Assembly: GCA_965217775.1 (NCBI GenBank)
Contig: CBDCJH010000002.1
Location: forward strand, 2,944,001 to 3,008,000
DNA from: Acidobacteriota bacterium
Lineage (GTDB): Bacteria; Acidobacteriota; UBA6911; RPQK01; JAJDTT01
Reading direction: 5' to 3'
Length of the DNA: 64,000 nt
Shown: piece by piece, positions 39,208 through 49,871 of the stretch
Layout: every line of letters starts with the position of its first letter
How positions within the stretch are numbered: position 1 is the first letter of the stretch
Notes under the pieces: model-generated
Told to the model about the DNA's origin: nothing
Database searches by the model: none
What the model saw: the letters and a program-made list of their open reading frames with translations, nothing else
Translations under genes and position numbers: made by a program

Positions 39208-42200
39208 TCAAAAAACAAAGCGAACTCCGAAGCGTGCCGCGATCGGGTCCAGGAACCGATCCTGCTGCAGGAAGCGAGGATCCCGGGCCGCGCCCTGGGA
39301 GGCGGCTATGGCGCGATAGTCGTAGCCGTTCAGGACTTGCGAGACCGGGTCGCCGGGTTGCCACAAGGGAAGGGACTGGCGGTACAGGCTTCGGAAGGTC
39401 CGCAAGCCCGTCTTCTGGTTGAAGAGATTGATGACGTTGAAGTTGATCTCGAACGATCGGGTTTCATCCGGGAAAGGGTAGAAGCGCTGGACCAGGGAGA
39501 GGTCCGTCTGGGTCCAGAACGGGTTGCGTCCGTCGCTGCCGCGGTTGTTGACCATGACGTCCACGTGTTCCAGATCGGCCGTCCGGGTGATGGGCGTTCC
39601 GCTCATGGCGCGGAAGAAACCGCTCACAGCCATGTCCCAGGGAGTGAGGACCATCCAATTGACCTTGAGCTGGTGGGTTCGGTCGGTGCCCAGCGGCCCG
39701 TCGATCAGGTTGCCGCTGGAGTCGTAGTTGAGGAACCAGAGATCGAAATCGCGGTCGACGTTCGGACTGAGGCGTCCGTTCTCGTCGGAGCTTCCCAAGC
39801 CTGAGTAGAGGCCGTAAAGCCGGGAATACACATACGCGACATCCGCAAACCAATGGTCTCGGATGGACTTCCGTAAGCGGAATTCGGCCGCGTCGTACGT
39901 TCGCTTGGGATGGGGGGTCACCGGCAGTCCCGCTTCCAGGAAACGGTCGACGGAAAGGCCGCGCCCCGGGTTGGTGATGTAGTAGGCTTCACCCGCCCGT
40001 GTCTGCCGGCCGACGTCCTCGATCGCCTCATCCAGATTCTTTCGCGTGTACCGGACCGAAACCACATAGTCCGTCGCGGCCTCGACCTCGACCCCGGCCA
40101 CGACTCCCGTCATGCGCATGGGTTTCAGATCGGGGTCCAGGTCCTCGAATGACGGGAGTCGCCAGTTCCTGGTCTCGACGAAAGTTCCGGGATAGTCCCC
40201 TTGGCCCGACAGCCCGCCGATCCGGGTCCAATCGAGCGTGGTGTCGTCCATCAGGTAATAGTGGCTCAACCATTTGAACCCGCCGAACGACCCGTTGGCC
40301 ATCTCAAGCTTCATCGCGTCGTAGAATCGGGCCCAACTGCCGAAGAGCTTGACCTTCGCGTTCCCGAGGAGGTCATAGGCGAAGCCCAAGCGGGGCGCGG
40401 TCTTGTCGAGGAAACCCCACTTGAAGACGGCCCCGGAAAATTCCGGAAGATCGCTGAAGGAGGGGATCTCTTCGTGCTCGAAGCGAAGTCCGAGGTTCAG
40501 GGTGAGCGAACCGTTGATGGTCCAGGCATCCTGGAAGAACAGGGCATGGCGGTGAGTGACGACGTTCGCCACGACGCCGAACGGCGTGCGCAGCTCGTAA
40601 TAGCCGCAAGGATCGTAGCGCACGCCGTCCGGACCCGTGCAGGTGCTGGTCCGGACGTTCCCGTCCACGGTGTTGTAGGGGCGAGTGTAGTTGTACAGGA
40701 TGTAGTCGAACTTGTAGGCGTCGTTGACGTCGTGGGCGAGCCCGTTGAACTGCCAGCCGAAGCGCAGGTCGTGCTGCTGGCCGGCCAGGGTGGCCAGATA
40801 ACTCCCACTCAGAGACAGGGTGCTCTTTTTCTGGAAATCCTGCGAGGTATTGTAGCTTGCCGAGTGTCCGATCGAAGAGAATCCACGTGGTCGATACCGG
40901 GGGTGGTCCGGCGCATATCCGATCAGTCCCGGCGTTTGGAGAAACCGGTGACGGACCTGGTTCGGTCCCAGCAGTTGTTCGGTCTGGATGGCGTTCAATC
41001 CCCACCGGGCGTCCACGATCAAAACCGGAGACGGTGTGATGGTCATGGCTCCCGTCACCGTGTAGCCGGGATGTTCGAACCCTTCTTCCGCCCATTCGTA
41101 ATTCGGGTTGGAAGTACCGTCGCGATCGGGCAATCCACCCTTCCATCGCGACCGGTCCGCAACGTACGAGGTCATGAATCTCACTCTGTCCGCGGGCTGG
41201 AAGTCGATCTTGGCGGTCGTGCTGCGCAACCGGTCCTGCCGTCTGAAATCGCCCGTTTCTCCGGATGTGAAGGTGACGGAGCGCGTCCGGTTTCGGATTT
41301 GGGGCAGGAGCGCCCCGAAGAACCAGATGCGGTCGCGCCAGATCGGGCCCCCCAAGGTGAAGCCGAATTCGTTGATCGCCTCATCGTCTTCGGCGTCGAA
41401 CACGTATTCGGCCACGTCGGCGGACTGGGCCGGGTCCAGGCGCAGTCGCTTGCTCGGTGCACCCGCCAAAGCGCTTCCACTGCCATACCACAGAATGCTG
41501 CCGTGAAAGTCGTTCGATCCGCTCTTGGTCCGGATGCTGAGCACGCCCCCCATGGCACCGCCGAATTCGGCCTCGTACCCGGCCGTCTTCAACTGGAACT
41601 CCTGCACCGTTTCGACCCGTAGGTTCTGGTTGTTCAACCCGTTGTACATGCTCGTGGTATCGACACCGTCGATGTAGAAGACGTTCTCCGCGCCGGAGGA
41701 CCCGTCGACGGAGATTCCACGGACGTCCTGCCCCCTGTAGGTCACGTTGCCCGCCAGGGCTTCGATGTTGACGCTCGGCGTAAAGCGCGCGTAGTCGCTG
41801 AAGTCTCGACCGCCGGGGGCGTCCGTTATCCCTTGCCCGGCATAAATCGCGGCGGACTCGCTCTTGAACGTATCGATCGCCGCCTGGCCTGCCTCGACGA
41901 CGATCGTACTGTCGAGTTGACCGACCTCGAGAGCCATCTCAACCGAAAAAATCCGTCCCGCCTGGACCACGACTTCTTCATTCACTGCAGTCTGGAACCC
42001 CGGGAATCGGATGATTACCGTGTAATTTCCGGGTGGAAGGCTGTTCCCGATCACCAATCCGTGATCGTCGGAGACCCCAAAGACCGGCCGGATCAACACC
42101 TTGCCGCCGAACTCGACTTCGGCGCCGGGGATGACGCTACCGGTCTGGTCGGTGACGAGGACACGGAGACCGCCGAACTGCTGCTGCGCGGCGACGGGAG

Positions 42201-42315
42201 CACTGATTGCGGTGAGGCAGGCGATTGCGACGAGTAGGCGGGCCTCGTGCCATTTTTTCAATTTTTGCTGTCCTTGATTCAGCTTAACAACCGGGCATAT
42301 CGTTCGCGATCTCAT
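39208..42315 (-). CDS. Oar-like TonB-dependent receptor (true start possibly TTG 42261)
   Basis: VTDQTGSVIPGA carboxypeptidase-like domain; DGSSGAENVFYIDGVD; AEFGGAMGGV; TKSGSNDFHGS; APRLGFAYD; C-terminal RFGVRFVF. Confidence 0.9.
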   Translation of the reverse strand: MRSRTICPVVKLNQGQQKLKKWHEARLLVAIACLTAISAPVAAQQQFGGLRVLVTDQTGSVIPGAEVEFGGKVLIRPVFGVSDDHGLVIGNSLPPGNYTVIIRFPGFQTAVNEEVVVQAGRIFSVEMALEVGQLDSTIVVEAGQAAIDTFKSESAAIYAGQGITDAPGGRDFSDYARFTPSVNIEALAGNVTYRGQDVRGISVDGSSGAENVFYIDGVDTTSMYNGLNNQNLRVETVQEFQLKTAGYEAEFGGAMGGVLSIRTKSGSNDFHGSILWYGSGSALAGAPSKRLRLDPAQSADVAEYVFDAEDDEAINEFGFTLGGPIWRDRIWFFGALLPQIRNRTRSVTFTSGETGDFRRQDRLRSTTAKIDFQPADRVRFMTSYVADRSRWKGGLPDRDGTSNPNYEWAEEGFEHPGYTVTGAMTITPSPVLIVDARWGLNAIQTEQLLGPNQVRHRFLQTPGLIGYAPDHPRYRPRGFSSIGHSASYNTSQDFQKKSTLSLSGSYLATLAGQQHDLRFGWQFNGLAHDVNDAYKFDYILYNYTRPYNTVDGNVRTSTCTGPDGVRYDPCGYYELRTPFGVVANVVTHRHALFFQDAWTINGSLTLNLGLRFEHEEIPSFSDLPEFSGAVFKWGFLDKTAPRLGFAYDLLGNAKVKLFGSWARFYDAMKLEMANGSFGGFKWLSHYYLMDDTTLDWTRIGGLSGQGDYPGTFVETRNWRLPSFEDLDPDLKPMRMTGVVAGVEVEAATDYVVSVRYTRKNLDEAIEDVGRQTRAGEAYYITNPGRGLSVDRFLEAGLPVTPHPKRTYDAAEFRLRKSIRDHWFADVAYVYSRLYGLYSGLGSSDENGRLSPNVDRDFDLWFLNYDSSGNLIDGPLGTDRTHQLKVNWMVLTPWDMAVSGFFRAMSGTPITRTADLEHVDVMVNNRGSDGRNPFWTQTDLSLVQRFYPFPDETRSFEINFNVINLFNQKTGLRTFRSLYRQSLPLWQPGDPVSQVLNGYDYRAIAASQGAARDPRFLQQDRFLDPIAARFGVRFVF

Positions 42316-42452
42316 CCTTGACTCCGGTGACCGGCCGGCTCCGGCCGAGCTGCCGCGGGCCCATCGCAGGACCGGCCGCGGACCGTGGCGGAGCGTGTCG
42401 GCAGCGTAGTAGACTGGGCGGCAGAACCCAAGACCTGGGACGGAGGAACCTT

Positions 42453-43952
42453 ATGACCTCTCGAATTCACCGCCGAGAATTCCAGAAAAGACTGACCTTG
42501 CTCCTGGGAGGCGCTTCCCTGGGAATTATCGGCGGCTGCGCTCCTGCCGAGGAGAGTCCATCGGCTCCCGGCGGCCCGAGCCATGGGATCCTGAGCATCA
42601 CTCGGGGAGACGCGGACCTGACGGTTCCCGCGGACGTTCCCGAGGGCAAGAGCTGGCGCTACGGCCTCATCTTTCCGTTCCAGGTCGGTCCGCGCATGGC
42701 CGCCGCCTTCGTCAACATCCGCATCCGCAACGGCGTCATGGCGCCGGCCCGCAGCGGCGACGACTACGAGGTGGGCAACGACGTGGTCCTTTTCGACGAC
42801 GTCACTCGCCCGCCTTCCGCGCCTGCCGTACCCGTCACCCGAAACCACGAAGAGGCCAATCCCAACTCCGATCCCCCCAACCAGCCCGCCATCATGGTCA
42901 AGTACCCCATGAGAGGGGGGTTCGTCCCCCTCGGTGCAAAGAAAACGGACGGTTCGCCCCACCCCCACGCCGGGACCGGGTTCGGGATCGACACCGGCCT
43001 GGCGCGGCGTCCGGGCGACCCCAAGAGCGCCCACGGGGGCGGCATGTACGAGGATGCCGAGCGTTACCAGATCATGGAGGTCTTCCAGTTCAGCTACGAC
43101 GGGGATCAGTTCCGGGTGACCGGCGAGGAGCGAGTCCTCCCCACCGGCCTGGTTTCCGGCTGGAGCATCAGCAACGGCGGCCTGACCAACGCCATCGCCG
43201 ACGGAGACGACCTGCTGGTGGGCATGCACGGATCCAGGGTGGGCGGAACCGGCGACTCGGAGCAACCGGTCTCCGGTGGATCGGGCGTCCAGCGCTGGCA
43301 ACGGACCGACGGCGTCTGGCGTCCCGTCTCTTTCGTCCCGGTAACCGGAACGGACGGGTCCACCGAGCCCAGCCTGATCCGCGACACCGACGGCGACCTT
43401 CTCTTTTCGGCCCGGGGCAAGGGCGGCACCCGTCCCCACGCCATTCGCGTCTGGCGCTCCCGGGACGGCGGGGAGACCTGGAAAAAGATCATCCACGTGG
43501 TGGGAGTCATCTCCAGCTGCCCCATCACCCTGAACCAGGCGGCGGACGGGACTCCCTACATCGCCTCCAACATGTACCTGGTGCCTCTGGACCCCATACC
43601 CAAGCGGTTCCGGATACCGGCCGACGTGGAAGGCCGGGTTCGGGGAGGCGGATGGACCCGGCAGAAGCTGTACCTCTGGCCCTTGAGCGATGACCGGGGC
43701 GGCTTGGAGGCGCCGATCCTGGGCCGCCACTGCAAGGCCGAATTCGGTCCGGCTCCGAGTGGCTCCATGTGGCGAGCGGACCACCCCTCGTCCACCACGG
43801 TTCAACTGGGCGACGGCAACTGGCACAACGTCATGGGTTACCGGATCCATGACGACGTGGAGAGCCACGAACTGCCGTCTCCGCCCCAGACCGGGGCGTA
43901 TCTGGAAGAGGTCATTTCGGCAGGAGAACCGATTCCCACCTGGAAATTCTGA
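42453..43952 (+). CDS. Tat-exported lipoprotein, sialidase/BNR-like beta-propeller (paralog A)
   Basis: HRREF twin-arginine motif, lipobox-like IIGGC, TEPSLIRDTDGDLLFSAR, Asp-box SRDGGETW. Confidence 0.7.
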   Translation: MTSRIHRREFQKRLTLLLGGASLGIIGGCAPAEESPSAPGGPSHGILSITRGDADLTVPADVPEGKSWRYGLIFPFQVGPRMAAAFVNIRIRNGVMAPARSGDDYEVGNDVVLFDDVTRPPSAPAVPVTRNHEEANPNSDPPNQPAIMVKYPMRGGFVPLGAKKTDGSPHPHAGTGFGIDTGLARRPGDPKSAHGGGMYEDAERYQIMEVFQFSYDGDQFRVTGEERVLPTGLVSGWSISNGGLTNAIADGDDLLVGMHGSRVGGTGDSEQPVSGGSGVQRWQRTDGVWRPVSFVPVTGTDGSTEPSLIRDTDGDLLFSARGKGGTRPHAIRVWRSRDGGETWKKIIHVVGVISSCPITLNQAADGTPYIASNMYLVPLDPIPKRFRIPADVEGRVRGGGWTRQKLYLWPLSDDRGGLEAPILGRHCKAEFGPAPSGSMWRADHPSSTTVQLGDGNWHNVMGYRIHDDVESHELPSPPQTGAYLEEVISAGEPIPTWKF

Positions 43953-44050
43953 ACCACGCGGCCGTGTGTCCGGATTCCGGGAGCGATCCTCCGTTCGGTT
44001 CCGGGGAATTCGGCAGCCGTGGGATACCGAGGCGACCCAAGGAGGATGAC

Positions 44051-45478
44051 ATGTCCCATCCACTGACGAGACGCAGCTTCGCGAAGGCCATGGGGTTCAG
44101 TCTGGCCGGTTCCGGATGGGCCTCTTCATGGGGTTGCCTGCCGGAGTCACCGCCTTCGCCGGCCCCTTCCGGCGCGGGGACGCTCTCCATGACCACGGGC
44201 CCTCCCGACGTGGCCATCCCTCCCGATCAACCCGCGGACGAGATCTGGCGATACGGCCTGACGTTCCCCTTTCAGGTCTCCTCCGATACCGCGGCCATCT
44301 TCTGCAACCTTCGGGGGCAGTCGGGCCATGATTTCGAAATCGGGACCGACGTCTTCCTCTTCCGGAACCTCTCCGGCCTCCAGGAACGGGAAGCCATCCC
44401 CATCTCCCGCAATCATGAGGAGACGAACCCCCACTCCGATCCCCCGGGACGGCCGGCCATCATGGTCAAGTATCCGGTACGGGGCGGCTTCGTCCCCATG
44501 GGCGCATTGCTGGAGGACGGCTCGCCCCACCCTCACGCCGGAACCGGATTCGGATGCAGCCAGGTCATCGCCTGGACACCGGACCGCAAGGGGGTCTACC
44601 CCGAAGACCAGCGCGAAGACTACATGGAGGTCTACCAACTGGCCTACGACGGCCGGAGATTCGAGGTCACGGCAACCGCGCGGCTGAGGTTCGGCCGGCT
44701 CCTGGACGGCGCGGTGCTCTCCAACCCCGGTATCACCACGGCCATTCCCGACGGCGAGGATCTGCTCTTCGCCATGGGCGGCCAGATCGAACAGGCCCGC
44801 GGTTCGGGACTGACCCGCTGGCGGCGCGGCCAGGAGGGTTGGCGCCCCGTCTCCTGGACGCCCATCACGGGGCCGGACAACGCCTTCGAGCCCAGCGTGG
44901 TCCGGGACCGGGACGACAAGCTCCTCTTCTGCGCCCGGGGCGGCCGTGCGCCCGACTACAACGACGTCCGGGTCTGGCAATCGACCGGTGCGGACGCCCC
45001 GTGGAAGAAGGTCATCCACGTCCGTGGAGTCGTCTCCACGGCTCCCATCGCCATCAACACGAGCCGCAGCGGCGATCCCTATGTGGCCTCCAACCTGTAC
45101 AGCGTCCTGGAGGAACCGATGGTTCCCGGGCACCGTTACCCCCGAGACGAGCAGGGGAACACGCGTCTGGGCGGATGGCTCCGGGAGCGCTTGGCGTTCT
45201 GGCCGCTGGACCAGGAACGGCGGGGGCTGGAGACGCCTCTCCTGGTGCGCCATTGCGCCGGCGATTTCGGGCCGGCTCCGTCGGGCTTCACCTGGGGAGT
45301 GGACCACCCTTCCGCCCATACCGTGCGCCTGGCCGACGGGCAATGGCATGACGTCATCGGCATGCGGATCTGCGATCTGGGCGAGGTCCTTCGAGGAGAG
45401 GCCCCGTCTCCCCATACGGGCGCTTACGTGGAAGAGGTGCTGACCGGAGGAGAGAGCCGGCCCGTATGGCGTTTCTGA
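44051..45478 (+). CDS. Tat-exported lipoprotein, sialidase/BNR-like beta-propeller (paralog B)
   Basis: TRRSF motif, SSWGC; shares many blocks with 42453-43952. Confidence 0.7.
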   Translation: MSHPLTRRSFAKAMGFSLAGSGWASSWGCLPESPPSPAPSGAGTLSMTTGPPDVAIPPDQPADEIWRYGLTFPFQVSSDTAAIFCNLRGQSGHDFEIGTDVFLFRNLSGLQEREAIPISRNHEETNPHSDPPGRPAIMVKYPVRGGFVPMGALLEDGSPHPHAGTGFGCSQVIAWTPDRKGVYPEDQREDYMEVYQLAYDGRRFEVTATARLRFGRLLDGAVLSNPGITTAIPDGEDLLFAMGGQIEQARGSGLTRWRRGQEGWRPVSWTPITGPDNAFEPSVVRDRDDKLLFCARGGRAPDYNDVRVWQSTGADAPWKKVIHVRGVVSTAPIAINTSRSGDPYVASNLYSVLEEPMVPGHRYPRDEQGNTRLGGWLRERLAFWPLDQERRGLETPLLVRHCAGDFGPAPSGFTWGVDHPSAHTVRLADGQWHDVIGMRICDLGEVLRGEAPSPHTGAYVEEVLTGGESRPVWRF

Positions 45479-45485
45479 TCATCCC

Positions 45486-46604
45486 ATGAGTGAGATCGAA
45501 CAGGCCTACCGAACGCTCGACCTGAAGCCGGGGGCCAGCATCAAGGAGATCGTGGAGGCCCGGGACGATCTGCTGGTGCTCTGGGACCCGGACCGCTTGA
45601 AATCGCACCCGCGACTCCGGTCCAGGGCCGCCGTCAAGATCCGGGAGATTCACGGCGCCTATCAGCTCTTGATGCAACATCGCGGGCAGGGAGAGGCCGC
45701 GACTGAACGGGAGGCTTCTCCCGGCCTGTCTTTCACCCCCGCCGTGCCGTCTGATCCTGGTCCTTCCGCGGAAGTGTCCGTTCAACCGGTGAGCGGCTCC
45801 GCTTCCCTCTTCGACGAGGTCTTTCGAGACCGGAAGTCCGAGAAGAGACGGCGCCTGCCCATGGGGCCCATTCTGGCGGGAGCGGTGGTGGTTCTATCGG
45901 CGGTCCTGATCCTGTTGGTGATCGGCGGCGGAGAATCTCCGCCAGAGCCGGAGGCGACCAGTCTCCCGGTTCCCGCACCGGTGCCGCCGACCCCTCCCGA
46001 GCCTGCCGGCTCCCCCGTCGAATCCAAGGCCGAAACGTCCGCCGGCTCCGGTCCCGTCAAGGACGTCGAATCCGGTGCCTCCAAGACCCCGGCAGTCTCC
46101 ACTCCCCCGCCCCAACGGGAGATCGATCCGCCTCCCAAAGCACCGGCTCCCGCTCCTCCCGAACCCGCCGTGGCTTCTCCGCCCAAACCGGAAAAGCCCA
46201 AGCCCGCACGGCCACCCCGCCCCGGCGGCCGGCCGCTCCTGGTCCGCGAGACCGACGGCGGGAAGCCGGCTGCCGCCGCCGCACCCCCTGCGCCCGAGCC
46301 GAAGACCTCCGAGGAGGCGGCGGAGGAAAAGCGCCAGTTGGAAGCGGCCGAGAAGGCCTACCGGGATCTGGTCTCGGGGTCGAAGGCCGCGCAACGGCTG
46401 GTGGAAGGACAGGTTCCCAGCCTGCGTTTCACGGAATGGAGCATCGCCGGCCGGAGGGGCTCGGAGCTCCTGGTGGATCTGATCGCCGAACAGTTCGGCG
46501 GGGAACCGGTCCACTTCGTCTGGGGAGTGGACACGGCGACCGGAAAGGTGACGGCATTGAGCCAGGCCGCCCGGGACCTGGAACTGGCAGTCGCCGAAGA
46601 ATGA
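45486..46604 (+). CDS. J-domain-like membrane protein with Pro-rich linker
   Basis: AYRTLDLKPGASIKEI...WDPDR...REIHGAY; single TM; Pro/Ala-rich region; small C-terminal domain. Confidence 0.75.
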   Translation: MSEIEQAYRTLDLKPGASIKEIVEARDDLLVLWDPDRLKSHPRLRSRAAVKIREIHGAYQLLMQHRGQGEAATEREASPGLSFTPAVPSDPGPSAEVSVQPVSGSASLFDEVFRDRKSEKRRRLPMGPILAGAVVVLSAVLILLVIGGGESPPEPEATSLPVPAPVPPTPPEPAGSPVESKAETSAGSGPVKDVESGASKTPAVSTPPPQREIDPPPKAPAPAPPEPAVASPPKPEKPKPARPPRPGGRPLLVRETDGGKPAAAAAPPAPEPKTSEEAAEEKRQLEAAEKAYRDLVSGSKAAQRLVEGQVPSLRFTEWSIAGRRGSELLVDLIAEQFGGEPVHFVWGVDTATGKVTALSQAARDLELAVAEE

Positions 46605-46780
46605 CGTGGGAATGGACTATTTTATTTCGGACCGGAGCGGCGGCTTTCTTGCCGCCGAACTCCGGACAAACAGTCACCCAGAAGAGACCCGGCGACCGGA
46701 ACCCGCCGCGCCACGGCGCCCCCACCTCATTCTCGGCAGTAGGGTAATTGGATGACTCCCGAATTTCCCAGGAGACGAAC

Positions 46781-48325
46781 ATGCCGCGCTGGATTCTGAC
46801 TTGCCTGGTCGCAGTACTTTTCCCTGGCTCTTCCATCGCGGAAGCCGGGAAGAAACCGCCGAACCTGATCGTATTCCTGACCGACCAACAGCGCGTGGAC
46901 ACCCTGGGCATCTACGGCAATACGCAGATCCGGACGCCCCACCTGGATCGATTGGCTCAGCGAAGCTTCGTCTTCGACGCCTTCTATGTGTCCAACCCGG
47001 TCTGCACCCCCTCCCGGGCCAGTCTGCTCACCGGCCTTTACCCCCATAAGCACGGTTCGTGGAAGAACAGCATCCCCCTGGATCCCAAGGTCCCCATCCT
47101 GGTGGAAATGCTGCGGGACCCCGAGTACGCCTCGGCCTACTACGGCAAGTGGCACCTGGGGAACGAGATCTTCAAGCAGCGCGGCTTCACCGATTTCGAC
47201 AGCACCGAGATCTATCAGAAGTGGTGGTCCGAGGATCAGGATCATTCCCAGCGCTCCGGCTACTACCACTTCCTGAAGGAGAAGGGGATCGAGGCGGACA
47301 CCCCCTACGGCCACTCCCGCGATCTGACCAACCGTTTGCCCAAGAAACTCTCCAAGCCCGTCTACCTGGCCCAGCGGGGGATCCGATTCCTGGAGCAGCA
47401 CCGCGACCGGCCGTTCGCCCTCTATCTGAGCTTCCTGGAACCCCACGCCTTTGCCGATCACAAACAGGGGCCTCCCTTCACCAACGTCTACGGGGACCTC
47501 TACGACCCCGCCGACATGCCGATCCCAGACTCTTTTCATGAAGAGATGGACCCCACCGTATCCTTCGCCAAACGGCAGATGCGGCTGGCGTTGGCCCGGG
47601 GCGAGCTTCCCATCGCCTATCCCCACACCGTTCAGGAGCTGAGGGAGGCCATGGCCCGCTACTGGGGCCTGGTCACGTTGGTGGACGAAATGGTGGGCCG
47701 CGTTATGGAGCGGCTCCGGGAATTGGGGCTGGAGCAGAACACCATCGTCGTCTTCACCAGCGAGCATGGCGAAATGATGGGCGACCACCGCCTCATGTCC
47801 AAGATGAACAGCTACGAGGAGGCGGCCAAGGTGCCGTTTCTGCTTTCGGTCCCAGGCCTTTGGGACCGCTCCCGGCGCGTCAGGAAACCGGTGAGCCAAG
47901 TGGACGTGACGCCGACTCTTCTGGACCTGATGGGGCAGCCGTTGCCGGACCACCTGCAAGGCGAGAGTTGGGCCGAATATCTGCGTACGGGACGGGAGTT
48001 CCCCGACCGGGACATTCTGGTCGTCAGCGACGAGTTGGGTTACGCCCAGCCCTGGAACGCGCGGCACATCTATCAACACCGGACCCTGATCACACCCGAC
48101 GGTTGGAAGCTCACGGTGAGCTCCGCCGGCGATGGGGAGCTCTACCACCTGGGCCGCGACCCCAAAGAGATGCGGAACCTGTATTTTCTCCCGGAGTATC
48201 AGGATCAGGTTCGGAAAATTTGGGACCGGCTTCGGGCCCGCCAGAAGCAACTCGAGGATCCCGTGGTACTGGACCTGAACCAGCCTTGGCCCCAGCGGAG
48301 GGGCGGACAGCGCAAATTTCCGTGA
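46781..48325 (+). CDS. Formylglycine-dependent sulfatase
   Basis: NLIVFLTDQQR, CTPSRASLLTG, YGKWHLG, TSEHGEMMG, ELYHL. Confidence 0.93.
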   Translation: MPRWILTCLVAVLFPGSSIAEAGKKPPNLIVFLTDQQRVDTLGIYGNTQIRTPHLDRLAQRSFVFDAFYVSNPVCTPSRASLLTGLYPHKHGSWKNSIPLDPKVPILVEMLRDPEYASAYYGKWHLGNEIFKQRGFTDFDSTEIYQKWWSEDQDHSQRSGYYHFLKEKGIEADTPYGHSRDLTNRLPKKLSKPVYLAQRGIRFLEQHRDRPFALYLSFLEPHAFADHKQGPPFTNVYGDLYDPADMPIPDSFHEEMDPTVSFAKRQMRLALARGELPIAYPHTVQELREAMARYWGLVTLVDEMVGRVMERLRELGLEQNTIVVFTSEHGEMMGDHRLMSKMNSYEEAAKVPFLLSVPGLWDRSRRVRKPVSQVDVTPTLLDLMGQPLPDHLQGESWAEYLRTGREFPDRDILVVSDELGYAQPWNARHIYQHRTLITPDGWKLTVSSAGDGELYHLGRDPKEMRNLYFLPEYQDQVRKIWDRLRARQKQLEDPVVLDLNQPWPQRRGGQRKFP

Positions 48326-48368
48326 CTCCGGAGGGAAATCACAGAATGCCGGATCCCGGGCTGAACCC

Positions 48369-49871
48369 ATGAAGGCTCCGGAACGGACTCACCGGAAGCA
48401 TACGGGATTGGTGTTTCTGTGTTCGGTCCTGCTCGCCTCTATTGGTAACGTCTGCGCCGCTTCGTCCGCTCCACCCAGCGTCCTCTGGATCATGCTGGAC
48501 GACGGGCGGGCCGATACGCTGAGCTGCTACGGCCGGCCCTGGGCCGATACACCTCACATGGACCGCATTGCCCGGGAGGGGGTCCGCTTTGAAACGGCCA
48601 TCGTCCAGAATCCGGTCTGCGTCCCTTCCCGGACCTCCATGAAATCAGGCCTCTACGCCCACCAGACCGGAGTCATGGCCATGGGAAAGCCGGCTTCGAC
48701 ACCGGGGCGCTACCGTACTGGAACTCGCCGCGAAACCCCGAATCTTCTCAAGGCCTGGAACAACGCTGGAATCACTCCCGAGAGCGTGGGCAAGGTCCAC
48801 GCCTTCCGCGAGGATTGGCGTCAACTGGGCGATGCTCCCCGCTTTCTGGACAACCGGGGACGTCCTACCTCGCACCTGCCCCCCGAGTGGCACCGCCGTC
48901 TCCTCTCGGTGGTTCGAACCAAGACCCATCAGTGGATGATCGGGGGACTGCTCGACGTTCCCCCCGGCCAGATCCGGACGGCCCGGCTGGGGGACCTGGC
49001 CCTGGGCCGCCTGCGGGAAGTGGTCCGATCGCCGAACCCCTTCTTCCTGCGCGTTTCCTTTCATGCGCCGCACGTCGCCTGTTCCACCACTCCCTCCTAT
49101 TTCGTCGATCCCAGCCGGATCGATCTGCCCCTCCCGACACCCGGGGAGATCCTGGGAAAGCCGCGATACGAACGGGAGAACATCCACGTCTACAGCGGTG
49201 CCCCCCACCTGAGCCGGAAAGAGATCGGGCTGGCCCGGGGCACCTACTACGGCATGATCCGGGCCGTGGACCGGGAGGTGGGAAGACTGCTTGCGATCCT
49301 GGAGCAGGCCGGGCGCCTGCAGGAAACCATCATCGTCATCAACTCGGATCAGGGATTCCAACTGGGGGAACACGGCAACTGGAAGAAACGGGATTTCTAC
49401 GACACCAACGTGAAGGTCCCCTTCATCCTCCGGGCGCCTGGACTGCTGCCTCCGGGGAAGGTGGTGACGGAGCCGGTGGAGATGGTGGACTTCCTTCCGA
49501 CCCTGCTGGAACTGTCCGGTTTCGATCCGCCCGCCGGGATTCGGGGCCGGAGCCTGCTGCCCTTGATCCGGGGTGAGGTCCGGGAATGGCGCCGGGCCTG
49601 CTTCTCGGAACACGATCACGCCGAAGATGCCTACCAGGAACTTCGACGCGGCGGGGGACGGCGGGTGATGGTCCGGACCCGGGAATGGAAACTGGTCTTC
49701 TTCATGGACGAGCGCGTTCCGGAAGAGGACGGGTCCCTCTACCAGCTCCGGAACGATCCCTGGGAGCAGCGCAACCTGTACGGCGACCCCGCCTATGGCG
49801 GCGTGGTGGCGGAACTGAAGCGCATGGCCCGGGAATGGGACCGGGGCGAGCCTCGAAGTCAAAACCGGTAG
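48369..49871 (+). CDS. Formylglycine-dependent sulfatase
   Basis: VLWIMLDDGR, CVPSRTSMKSG, SFHAPH, SDQGFQLGEHG, LYQLRNDPWE. Confidence 0.92.
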   Translation: MKAPERTHRKHTGLVFLCSVLLASIGNVCAASSAPPSVLWIMLDDGRADTLSCYGRPWADTPHMDRIAREGVRFETAIVQNPVCVPSRTSMKSGLYAHQTGVMAMGKPASTPGRYRTGTRRETPNLLKAWNNAGITPESVGKVHAFREDWRQLGDAPRFLDNRGRPTSHLPPEWHRRLLSVVRTKTHQWMIGGLLDVPPGQIRTARLGDLALGRLREVVRSPNPFFLRVSFHAPHVACSTTPSYFVDPSRIDLPLPTPGEILGKPRYERENIHVYSGAPHLSRKEIGLARGTYYGMIRAVDREVGRLLAILEQAGRLQETIIVINSDQGFQLGEHGNWKKRDFYDTNVKVPFILRAPGLLPPGKVVTEPVEMVDFLPTLLELSGFDPPAGIRGRSLLPLIRGEVREWRRACFSEHDHAEDAYQELRRGGGRRVMVRTREWKLVFFMDERVPEEDGSLYQLRNDPWEQRNLYGDPAYGGVVAELKRMAREWDRGEPRSQNR

